From: Antedon mediterranea
Lineage: Eukaryota > Animalia > Echinodermata
Direction of reading: 5' to 3'
Assembly: GCF_964355755.1 (NCBI RefSeq)
Contig: NC_092672.1
Coordinates: 6,076,001 to 6,140,000, forward strand
Length of the DNA stretch: 64,000 nt
Shown here: positions 38,101 to 57,567 of the stretch, piece by piece
Layout of the letters: every line of letters starts with the position of its first letter
How positions within the stretch are numbered: the stretch's first letter is position 1
The notes under the pieces: generated by a model
What the model was told of the DNA's origin: nothing
Databases searched by the model: none
The model's input: only the letters and a program-made list of their open reading frames with translations
Program-made: the position numbers and the translations under genes

Positions 38101-40262
38101 GTACACCTTATTAGGAAGACACCCCTATTAAGAATACACCCTATTAAAAGACACCCCTATTCAAGGGACACCCTATTAAAAGACACCTCTATTAAAGGGA
38201 CACCCTATTAAAAGACACCCCTATTAAAAGACACCCCTATTCAAGGGACACCTTATTAGGAAGACACCTCTATTAAAGGGACACCCTATTAAAAGACACC
38301 CCTATTCAAGGGACACCCTATTAAAAGACACCCCTATTAAAGGGACACCTTATTAGGAAGACACCCCTATTAAGAATACACCCTATTAAAAGACACCCCT
38401 ATTCAAGGGACACCCTATTAAAAGACACCCATATTCAAGGGACACCCTATTAAAAGACACCCCTATTAAAGGGACACCCTATTAAAAGACACCCATATTC
38501 AAGGGACACCCTATTAAAAGACACCCCTATTAAAGGGACACCCTATTAAAAGACACCCATATTCAAGGGACACCCTATTAAAAGACACCCCTATTCAAGG
38601 GACACCCTATTAAAAGACACCCCTATTAAAGGGACACCTTATTAGGAAGACACCCCTATTAAGAATACACCCTATTCAGCCCTCGAAATTGGGACGAAAT
38701 GACCTCGGCAAAAAAATGCCGACGTAAACGAAGCCCACCTCGGCAACACGTCGGCATTTTTTTTGTTCAGCCCCCAAAGCTATTTTTAGTATTCAATCAC
38801 ACACACATTAACTGTACTGTACCTAAAAATAGCTGTGTTATAATGTACAGCGCATTTGCGGCGCGGCTTGCTCTCTAAATAATAACCACGCAAACAAACC
38901 ACGTGGTTTTCAATCCCCAATACAAGTTGGACTCTTCCATTCTCTCAGATCAGCCAAGTAACAATAAGTCATGTGATTTGTCATGCCTCACTAAACTCAC
39001 ATCATACGACGATAGAGCTGCTGAGCGTGGTTCGTTGTTGTTGTAAACGCCGGAGCGGTCTAGGCCTAGGCCTAATAATAGCTCCAACGTACAGTACAAA
39101 TATTTAAAGATATATTTAATTCACTTGTAACGAAGGTAAATTTGAAAAAAACTGTAATACAGTAGGCATAAAACTATCTATTTGCTGTGTATGTGGTAGC
39201 CTTGATTTTACTCCAAGGCCTAAATCAATAAAAAGAGCCTCGGCAAATCAATGCCGTGGTAAGCTAGCAGGACCTCGGCATTTACCTCGGCATTGCCGAA
39301 TGCCGAGGTAAATTTCGCGGGCTGCCCTATTAAAAAACACTTCTTTTCAAGGGTACCTTTTTAAGTGAGTGAGTTGCCGAGCCGAAGATACCCTAAGTGG
39401 ACACCCTATTGAAAAGAAACTCTTATTCATGGGAGACCTTATCAAGAAGACATCCCTATTCAGGGGAGACCTTATCGAGAAGACACCCCTATTATATTAA
39501 GCGGATACCCTTTTCAGTGGCCACCCCTGTCTCCTTAAGAGGGGAGTCTATTTTAAGATAATAAGAATAATAAAGCGCACATATCCACAAAGTGCTCAAG
39601 GCTACTATAGTTTATTAGATTGTGAAACGTATAGCAATTTTTAAAAAGGAGATGGATTAGGTAGAGAAATTGCATACTTTCAAATTTAAAATTAATGTAA
39701 TGTTGAAACCAATAAACATTGACTAGACTGATTAGTTGGCTAATTAGATAATTAATAATATAATAATAATAATTAATAAAAACACACCAAGTTTATTCTT
39801 GACATTTGATTGGTTGATTACCTATCGCATGCCATGCAATTTGATCCATCCTCACGATTAAGTGGTACATTGCATTTAGTGTAGGTTTTTTTATGTTTTA
39901 TCCATCCTGTAATTGGCGAGTTGCTCGCTGTTGGATGCGTATGAAATGTGCAATTGCAAGGATGTTGACTTTTGTGCAATTAAACACCTGTACAATGTCT
40001 CTACTCCGCTAACTAATTCTAAGCACCGTTCTTATTATATTGTTTATGGCCTGTAAAAGGTTTTACCAGGTCCAATGTGCTAGGCTAATAATTCTATGTA
40101 CAGTGATTAGCATTTTTATAGACAATTATATAACTATTATAAAACTATTTTGTTGTTATTAAATTAATTAAAGATCAAGAAGAGAAAGAAGAAGAGGAGG
40201 AGGAGGAAGAAGAAGAAGAAAATACAGGTGAAGAAACATGCTTTGTGATTGGTGGAAGGTAG
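35197..40262 (+). CDS. PRKRIP1: PRKR-interacting protein 1 homolog (174 aa, 6 exons)
   Basis: Exons 35197-35310, 35980-36058, 36721-36821, 36922-37007, 37834-37889 and 40174-40262, GT-AG and in phase. Signature LMKNP...[23 protein letters not shown]...KTAKKRAKR. Confidence 0.93.
37607..37757. mobile_element. MITE (cagtggccatattcacc TIR); related copy ~60434-60592
   Basis: Perfect terminal inverted repeats. Confidence 0.7.
37901..39550. repeat. Tc1/mariner-type MITE expanded by a 16-17 bp subunit minisatellite (acaccctattaaaag / acacccctattcaaggg)n
   Basis: Starts ta|cagtagaacccct; tandem array at 37924-38676 resumes at 39325-39490; degenerate right end aggggagtcta. Confidence 0.8.
38677..39324. 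mobile_element. non-autonomous P/hAT-like element with 7 bp TSD
   Basis: ccctatt|cagccctcgaaatt...aatttcgcgggctg|ccctatt; multiple subterminal cctcggca motifs at both ends. Confidence 0.8.
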
Positions 40263-40806
40263 CTATATGTTGCACCTTTCTAAGGTGCTCACTGATTGGT
40301 TTACAGACAGACAATCATGATTGAACAATGAGGCTGTTAGTAGACCCAAACAAGAGAAGATGACAAAAAAATGAAAACTTTTTTATTGGTTACACCAGAT
40401 GATTGTTTTAAAAGTAATTTTATGAGAGGAAAAGAAGTTATGTTTTTAACTATTGTATTGGGTGTGTAGATAAAGGTCTTATATGATGATTGGATTTTGA
40501 AGCCTCATTTTTGATTTTTTGTTTTTAATAATATACTCTGGCTCTATCGAGTGTGATTACACAATATTATCACAAAATAAGAGTATATTTTGGTCATTTT
40601 TTGAAAATTTGAAGATAATAACACAATATATGTGCATATATGTCAATATTATCGCATAATTATTGAATTTTAAAAAGTGGATATTTTGGGCATTTTTCGA
40701 AAAAATCCCTATACTAATAGTACAGGAAAATTTTCTAAAAATAACCAAATTTGTACCCTTTTTTTTTTGACATAACTAGTTACTATGGCTCTATAAGATC
40801 GTGATA

Positions 40807-41090
40807 AAGGTAAAGGTAAAGGTATTCATATTTGTCCTCAAGCTCAACTGGAAACTGAGGAAATTCGGATTAGGCCCTCCACGGACCCACGGCAGCCAGC
40901 AGCGCCTACCAGATCAGCACACCGGGAGACGATCCCCTACTCTTTTCGAATAGTGTACCAAGTTCTTTAACGTGCACTGTTAAGTACACGGGACCAACGG
41001 CTTTACATCCCATCCGAAGGACGAGGCAATGAGAGTAAAGCATCTTGCCTAAGGATGCAATTAGTATGGTACAGATAACCTCGAACCCCA
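40807..41090 (-). mobile_element. SINE with Deu/Nin-like central domain and (ACCTTT)n tail
   Basis: Minus strand reads gtccttcggatgggatgtaaagccg...cacgttaaagaac...cactattcgaaaagagtagggg...cccggtgt, resembling the Deu domain of AmnSINE1/SINE3 (recalled, not searched). Confidence 0.7.
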
Positions 41091-41099
41091 TGCCTATAT

Positions 41100-41410
41100 A
41101 TAATACCACATTTATATAGCGCCCTTTTCATGAGTAATCATGCTCAAAGGCGCTTTACAAGGATTATTACCCCAGTATTTTTTGGGATCAAACACGTATG
41201 GAAATATACTCCCATAATGCAGCCGGTAACCAGCGCAAAGTTGTGTCTAGATCTAACTGGGTACCCATTTATACACCTGGGTGGAGAGAGGCAACGTAGG
41301 TAAAGTATCTTGCCTACGGATACAAGCAATGCGGCGAGAGTTGGATTCGAACCTAGGTCTGACAATCGGTAGTCCAACGTCCAACACACTGCGCCACACG
41401 CCTCACGTGC
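41100..41410 (-). mobile_element. near full-length tRNA-derived SINE with CORE/Meta-like centre and L2-type tail
   Basis: Minus strand has A box tggcgcagtg, B box ggttcgaatcc, central ccacccaggtgtataaatgggtacc and tail tgtaaagcgcctttgag...gggcgctatataaat. Confidence 0.85.
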
Positions 41411-42290
41411 TAGTCCGATATTACCATTACACCATCACTCTCCAGTATATACAGCACCCGCCGCGATTTCTAGACAGTCTCCCATCGGCCGTATATATAA
41501 CACAATATATGCGCAATTATGCCAATATTATCGCATAATTATTGAATTTTAAAAAGTGGATTTTTTGCCCAGTTTTCTAAAAAAATCCTTGTGTTTTCTA
41601 AAAATAACAAAATTTTAACCCTTTTATTTTTTGATTCTATAAGATCATGATAACACAATATATGCGCATTTATGCCAATATTATCGCATAATTATTGAAT
41701 TTTAAAAAGTGGATATTTTGGGCATTTTTCGAAAAAATTCTTGTACTATAGTACAGGAAAATTTTCTAAAAATAACCAAACTTTTACCCTTTTATTTTTT
41801 GACATAACTAGTTAATATGGCTCTATAAGATCATGATAAAGGTAAAGGTAAAGGTATTCATATTTGTATTCATATTTTTAACACAATATATGCGCATATA
41901 TGGCAATATTATCGCATGATTATTGAATTTTAAAAAGTGGATATTTCGAAAAAAATGGCCGATTTTCGACCCTTTTTATTAAATGGTTACTGTTGCATAA
42001 TAAACATGCGCAGAGACGAATAATGGGTTCTGCGCATGTTATTTGTGCTATAGTAACTAGTTTTGGCATAAATGGTTACTATAGCATAATTCGCTATAGT
42101 AACCACTTTTATTGAAAAATAAAAAGGTTGAAAATTTGACATTTTTTTGGAAAATTTGCGAAAAATGGCCGATTTTTTACCCTTTCATTTTTTGACATAA
42201 ATGATTACTATTGAATAATAAACATGCGCAGAGTCGAATAATGGGTTCTGCGCATGTCAATTGTGTCTTAAAAGGTGTCATTATTCTGTA

Positions 42291-43718
42291 CTAGATGGTA
42301 AGCGAGCGTACCATCTAGGTCATGCCCACAGATGGTTCTCGAATACATAATAAATGTCAACGTTAAAAAACTGGCGATTTCAAATATACGTACGCAGGAC
42401 AATAATACATGTCGTTTACAGGAACGAATAAATAGACACTGTGATTTATGTACTCAACTAAAATTAGCACCCTATTACTTCCGAAAGAGAAACTTGTCAC
42501 AAAATAAGACCAATTGTTTAAGTCAAATTTAAACAAACTTAATTTGTGTTTTGTATGTAACATTAGGGTTGAGGGATGGGGAAGAGGATGGGTGCAAAGA
42601 GGAACAATGTTAAAATATATTCTTTATCCATTTAGTAACGAAATATTAATTGCTTTCATGTTTTACAAATAATATACCACTAAACACAGTATAACATTGC
42701 GATGTAATACTTTGTTGAAACTATCACCGTCCTAGTCGATTGAAATAGTACAGCACATGTAACGATACATCACTACGACGTGTATATGTTTATAATAATG
42801 TAAAACAATTTGTGAAAACCACCTCTATTCGGGGAAAATCATAAATTCGATTTAATCGTCAATAAATATTAAATTATCTAACTCAACTTAATTAGTAGGC
42901 CTAATGGTTTTCAATTGTTTCTTAGAGCCAATTGATACTTAAGTTGGTTCCTACCCTACCCACCAACGTTGTTCTGCGTTTAGGGCATGTGATGTACCGT
43001 AGGCCTCTCTACTAGTTTTACAACGCTACTCATGCCAGTGAGGGAAAGGTGATGATGTGGGTGGTTTAACTGCAATAATAAAGATTTGTACATAATATAC
43101 GGCGAGTGAAAACGCTAGCTCGATATCCGTTAAAAAAAAATTATATCCAACCTCTGCAGCACAGATTGAAAACAAAAATGGATCGAATTTCGAGTATACA
43201 GTACTGTACTTGCCTTTACGACGCCTGAGGGAATAGACACTTGTGAAACAGAGATTGGAATGTTCCATTCATCGCAAATCAATACATTTGTATAATCGTA
43301 TATTAAATCTATCAAAATAGTATTTTTTTAAGAAAATCGGCCTGTCTTCAACATTATGATGCTGTACTCTAGCTGTTCAACCAGTTTTCAGCTATTAAAA
43401 ACAATTATCGTAGGAGGAGATAGGAAAATGCGAAGCCTCCTCGTATTTTTGTGGCGGGTATTTTTCAAGATGGACATCCATTAGACAGTGTATACCACGA
43501 TCGGAAAACACCCCTATTTGGGGCAAATCGTTGAACCTAAATTCATTTTAATCGTCAATAACTAATTACCTAACTCAATTTAATTAGTAAACAGGGTTAC
43601 ATCAGATGGTTAAAATCAGTACCGAAAGTATGAACCAACTTTATATACCATCGAGTAAAAATTCTAGAAATAAACCGAGATTTACCGAATTTTGCCCTTA
43701 CGTAAATTTATATATAGA
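42291..43718 (-). mobile_element. non-autonomous Helitron, copy 3
   Basis: Minus strand starts A|TCTATATAT at 43718 and ends gagaaccatc...ctagatggtacgctcgcttaccatCTAG|T at 42291; same terminal architecture as 15939-17311. Confidence 0.65.
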
Positions 43719-45929
43719 TAACATATATATATATATATTTCAGTCAAAAGTGGTTACTATTGCATAATTTTCGAAAAATGACCGATTATCGACCCTTTTT
43801 TGTTGTTGACATAAATGGTTACTATACTATTGCATAATAAACTTGCGCAGAGACGAATAATGGGTTCTGCGCATGTCAATTGTGCTATAGTAACCACTTT
43901 TGACATATGTTTAAAACAACATTACACAGCTTGCTGTGCAATTAACACCATTGTTGTGCACTTGAATGGGTTTCCTATGACATAAATTCAATAATTTTGA
44001 ATATCTGAATATACCACAAGGTCTAAATAGCCCAAAAAGCTAAAAAAATGATATTTTAAAAATGTGTCAGTTGAGTCGTTCTTTCATGATATAGTACAGG
44101 AAAATTTTGGAAAATGACAAAATTTCGACCCTTTTATTTTTTGACTAGTTACTACGGCTCAATAAGATAACACAATATATGTGCATATATTGCAAAATTA
44201 TCGCATAATTATTGAAATAAAAAAAGTGGATATTTTGGGCATTTTTCTAAAAAATCCCTGTACTAATATAATAGTACAGGAAAATTTTCAAAAAATGACC
44301 AAATTTCGACCCTTTTATTTTTGACTAGTTACTATGGCTCAATAAGATGATATATATATATATATATATGTGCATATATGGCTATGGCAATGTTATTGCA
44401 GTTAAACAGGGAGTTGTCAGGAATTGAACCAGGGTCTCTCTGTATTCAATTACTATTATTATTAGGGGAGGGAGAGAGATACCGCCGGTCGTTGTCTTTG
44501 TGAAAGGGTGCGTAACTAATAAAATGGCTATGTTGACTGTATATGCTTTTACGCTCTAGCGTATTCGATATTCGTCGTCCTCCCCTAACCGTCGTGTTTC
44601 GTAAAGTCTCTAATGATTCATTACAACGACAAAGACATAAATACTTAATTATTATACTAATACAAAGCTCAATTTAATCACTACCAAACAGGACATTTTG
44701 TACATACAAAGGAGATTCTTCTAATAACAAATGGAATTTATACAAGTTACAATGATTTCTTCAATTTTTACTACCAAAATCCACATCCTTTCCCAAAAAA
44801 AAAATGGTGCTCCTTCCCATTTAATAATAAATCAAATTATTCACAGTTTAATAAATAAAAAATCACCATTGCTGTATTACATATTTAAATACAGTGGATC
44901 ATAATGTTAAAATCTCTCCACATTTTTGTTCATTTTCACGGCACATGGTATTTGCTAGTAAGAAGAAAAAATCAGACTTTATAGATGTTAGTATACAATG
45001 AATCACTATAGCTATTAACATGTTGCAGAGATGAAATCCCGTTGTTTTCATCAAATTAAAACTCTCATAATTAGGTATATTCACTATTTTAAAACCAGTA
45101 ATTCAGTGCATGACAATTGACATAACCTAAAAGCAACGTCTAAAAAAAATCAGACCGCTAACACTAACAGAGGATGAACATTTACAATATGCTCAAAACC
45201 ATTGCCAACATCGCCATGCTTTTAGTTGATTTAGTATTCTATTATTTTACAGGCAACGTATACTTTGTACAACATTAAGTTCACTCCAGATCACGGACAA
45301 TGGTTGATATTAAGTGAAATCATTTCAACATTCCAGTCACTACTATAACAAAAATCCATACATTTGTTTACAGACATCAAATTATGTTCAATAAATAAAC
45401 TCTTGATCAAGTATCTATGTAACATACATTGCCACAAACCTAATCTAAAAATGTACAGTTCTGTATACTAAAAAATCAAGGCTTGCTGATGGCTCCTCTA
45501 ATGGCTTGTAGGTTATCAATTACTCAAACATGGTTTACAAAAAGCAAATAAAAAAGCTATTTTCTCAGATTAGTTAGAAATAACTTACCATCCAACCAAC
45601 CAAATTAATCGACGGCTGATATTTAATTAACATAATTACCAAAAAATAAATAAACAGATTAAGCTAGTGTAATATAGATATAAAAAATGTTATATATATA
45701 TATACGTGATATGCTTCTTTTATTTGATTTCAAGAAGAAAATCACTAATTATTGACTATTATACAAATACGTTAGAATTAAAAGAATAAAAAGTGACGTA
45801 TGTAAACCAAATTCTCGGAGGCGAACCATCTGCTAGGGTGACAGACATCGCAACCTATGTGGGTGCAAAATGAGTTCTGGGATGTTTTCGTGAATGTTAG
45901 GACGATTTCTAGGCCTTACCAAACCGAGT

Positions 45930-53570
<7,641 letters not shown>

Positions 53571-53699
53571 TCTAAATACGATCCCTAAATACTTAATGAA
53601 AATTATTTAAGATAAAAAAATAATTTACAACTTAAATTGATTTGATTTTAAAGGATTTTGACTGCCGTTTCCCTGCTTCAACCGGGAGACGTTTATATC

Positions 53700-53820
53700 C
53701 CCTGTCAACTTAAAAATGGCTGCCGTTAATGGTTCTGGTTGTGCGCAACAATAAATTATATCATTTCGAAAATCTTAATGATTCGTGACGTCATCTAATC
53801 CAAACGTCGTTAATACGCCC
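53700..53820 (-). promoter_or_regulatory. putative PP1 proximal promoter (full CRE TGACGTCA 53786-53793; YY1-like aaaatggc 53713-53720)
   Basis: Motifs lie 140-220 bp upstream of the ATG in a CpG-richer patch; function is inferred. Confidence 0.45.
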
Positions 53821-56308
53821 ACTGTACTACGCAATACGAAAAATAGTTCCGTAAAATAAGCCAGAATTCTAATTGTTACAGAAGAATAAATTGTGCTAAT
53901 TATACAATATAACCTTACTTTTTCTATTCTCTGATTGAATTGTTACATCCAGTTATCGTTTAGCCTATATCATTCGTTGAATCTCCACTAGGCCTAGAAC
54001 AAATTTTTAATATCGAAAAATTAATTTCCCAAATGTTTCATTATTAATTAATGATATTGAAATATCAAACCGTTTGGTCTTTCAAACACTATGATCAATT
54101 ATTGTAAACTGATTGTTATCTTAATCATAAATTGTTACCTGTAAATATAAAGAATAATATATATACAGTAATAACTTCTTTTTTAAAACTTTTCTTTTAT
54201 GCATTTTTGGATAATTATTTATTTACCCCAATAATAATTTTTATTTTATCTGTAATAAAAGACAACCCATTTATATATCTATTAAGTGGCTTCTTCAAGG
54301 CTGTAGCAAGAGGTTAAAAACAGACGAGGAAAATATGCTTTAAATATAATTATCAAAATATAATATGACGATCTGTGCTGGGGAATTAGGGTGGGTAGTG
54401 AAAATTGAAAATTTCAGACGAGGCAAGAGCCTCATCTGCCTCATGCTACAGCCCTGTTCTTTCTGACTTATTTCTTCATCTATTGCTCTTTCAATCAGCT
54501 GTCTAAAAAACAGCATTTTCTGAGAAATTTCAATTCTCAATACTTCGTCCAATACTCTGTAAAATGCATTCTAGTTGTCAGAGAAGTTTTTTTAATATTA
54601 ATATTATTGTAATAAAAAAATCAAAACAAAAAGTCATACACCAATTTTTTTAATTTGGCAAACAATTTATTTGAAAGTCTTCACTCAAACAATAATTCCA
54701 TCAAGCAAATTAACACATTGATGCAATCTTTTAATTTTTAAACACTCGATTAGATTTAGAAAAACAGTGAAAGATAAAACATTTTCCAGTTTATACTTTG
54801 ATTCAGATAAAGAATTAAACAAAATAATCTTAACTTGAACTTGATAAAATGCATACAGCAATTACACCCCCAGGGTATTAGAATGAGCGCCACCGTCGAA
54901 TGTGTGCTGCACGATTTGTACGAGAGCAATGCCACACTTACTCAATCATTTTACAGTATTTTAAAATGACTGCATAAAGTGTCAAACTGTATATACAAGA
55001 TTAGGTGCGAATCTCGCACAAATCATAGATACATCATCATCTAAACTAAATGGAATGCGCTAAGTTTAATACACAGCATCAACATGTGAGGCTATAGATA
55101 CAAATTATTTCCAATTGAATAGAAAAACCAGCACCGGTGATAACTACAAAAATCATTAAATATATATATATATATATACTTTACATAATACCATTTCAAA
55201 TTCATTGATAATGCAGTGTTGCGGTAATGTTAATACTAGAACATGATAGCGGAATGGAGAACATTTTTTATGTTCGAATGATGTAAACTAGTCTAGGTTG
55301 TAGAAAATGATTCAGCTTAAAATTTAAAAAAAAACTATTTTGGCACAAATGGCATGTCATACTTAAACATGAGCTGTTGTAGTTATGAAAAGAAATCAAA
55401 TCACCCACTGGTGATTAAAGGAATATTAATAACGCAAAAAGAAACAATATTTAAAGGTTTTTGGCAAGTCCTTGCATAACAATGATTTAAACATTTTTTT
55501 TATTATTTCATACACATCTAACAGAGAGTAACTTGCCAATTACAGAATGGATAAACTATTTTATAATTTATCGTGCTTATAAACATAGGGAGTGGTGGAG
55601 TTGGAAGAGGTGTGAGTTACAACCTTGGTACTAGGTCAGGATTGAACACTGGACCTTTGGATTGGAAGGCAAGCATGTTATCCACCAAGCTACAATGTAT
55701 ATTATACTCGGTGTGTCCGAGTGGGTAGATCTGCTTCCTATACTAGTATTAACACTACAATACACTTAACAATTTAAACTTCATCAGATCAATAAAATGG
55801 AATACAAAAAGCACCTCCAACAACAAGGTATAACTTCCGACATAACCAACCAAATAGTACCGGTTATAAGCGTAAATTCAATCTAAATTAAATTGAATAA
55901 TGTTAAATAATATTTTCAATCTGGTAAATAAAATCACATACCACATCACTATAGTAAAAACTGTAAACAAACCAGGAAAATTAATTTAATTTTAGAATTA
56001 TGTATAAAAGAATTTATCCTCCAAATCAAATGGCAAACTTAACTGATATTAATATAATGTATTTATTATTTATAGTATTTCCTTTACATCTAATTTGCAA
56101 CTTCATGTAAGCCAAAACTATAGAAATAAATGGGAGAAAGGTAAGGCACAAGGGGTTTGAATCGGGTTTGTCTGGTCTGGTTCGAGTAATGGAAGGGTTA
56201 AATTGAAAAATGAATATTGAGAAACAGGAATGTTGTTAAAAGTTGTATTGCACTGTGAAAAAAGCAAGATTTCCAAAATTGAGTGAGCTTGAATTTTGAA
56301 CTGGCTAA

Positions 56309-56458
56309 AGGGTCTTTCACACCTGTTCCGGCACAGTTCCAGTCCGGCGGCAGAAAAATCAATCAAACATCAATGTTTCGTTTTCACACGGCTACATGCA
56401 TATCGATAGGTGCATATCCGTGTGGAGCGTCGTGAAAACAAAACAGGTGTGAAGGGTT
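56309..56458. mobile_element. MITE (gggtctttcacacctg end); related copies ~61745-61851 and ~62927-63080
   Basis: Shared gggtctttcacacctgttccggcacagttcc termini in three places. Confidence 0.65.
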
Positions 56459-57390
56459 TTTCAGGTAGGGATACATAACCACAGGATTTATGGCCCTATT
56501 CATGGTTGTGGTTGAGGAAGTTTATCGGGATAAGAAAAGAAAAGCTAACCAAATGATTGTGAACATACCATGAATCCCAGTGGTCTAATAGGATGTCTGT
56601 CTACATACTAAGTAGAATGTTCCTTGTTCAAGTCTTTAGGCAATTTTTTTCTTTCATATTGCTTGATTCAGCATTTTTATTGGGAAATTAAAATTTGTTT
56701 TTAGTTAGAATTAATATCTTAGTATTTTATTCATATTTTTATTTGTTTGTAATATATACTTTTAACCAATAAGGTAGTGCTTCATTCCTATCTAAATATT
56801 CTAATAACTAATTTTAGATGCTGAAATAATTGTAAATTCAAAGAAAACCATTAAAGCAGAAAAATCTAAAAATACTAAAAGCCAATAAATTATTTTTGAA
56901 ATACAAAATAAATATATTATTTATATACGCATACAAAATCAATTAGTAAATTGTGAGGCACATTTTATAATATTTTAGAGTACATTCTCCTAAAATATCA
57001 ATCCCATAACTATGAATAAAGTCAATATTTGGTATAACAGCTTTTGTAACACCAGAATACACGCGCTCATGGTTGAATACATCAATATCTAGATACCGAA
57101 TAGAATTTTCAGCTGTGTTGCATGATATGAGGAAGCTAACACAAGGGCGAAAGCAAGCAGTTTCTCATAAAAATTATTTTGCCCTGATTTTCCAAGATTA
57201 CATATTAGCTTGTTATTGAATATTAGTAACAGGTACTGTTTTGTGATTGTCCTTTGCTGGAGTAAAGATTGTCAGATCCTAAACAAAAATCATTGAATAC
57301 TGGCAATATTAATCTCAATATTTAGTACTTTGGGGATCTTGCTGTCATCAAATACTCAACATTTAGTACTTTATGTTGCTTGCTGCTACT

Positions 57391-57425
<35 letters not shown>

Positions 57426-57567
57426 GTCAATCATGACATCATTGCATTGATAAAAGCATCAAATCCATTCTCTTTAATTGTGGTGCCAGTTGTCCACAGA
57501 ACACCCTGCCATGATGATGGAGCCTTCCTGCGCAGGACAAGTGAATACATTTTCAACAAACCAAAAT

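Larger units (their letters stand above)
40540..44400. repeat. degenerate ~200-240 bp tandem repeat region interrupted by SINEs and a Helitron
   Basis: Recurring ataacacaatatatgNgcat...attatcgcataattattgaa...aaaagtggat units at ~40618, 41497, 41650, 41880 and 44167; a second unit type with gggttctgcgcatgt at 42025, 42243 and 43862. Confidence 0.8.

Noticed and set aside
37924-38676. CRISPR-like periodicity
   Set aside because: No unique spacers, eukaryotic intron context and no cas genes.
41330-41410. tRNA gene candidate (A and B boxes)
   Set aside because: It continues directly into a SINE body and tail, so it is a SINE head; the B-box fragments at 13213, 23925, 55640 and 63640 are likewise treated as SINE relics.
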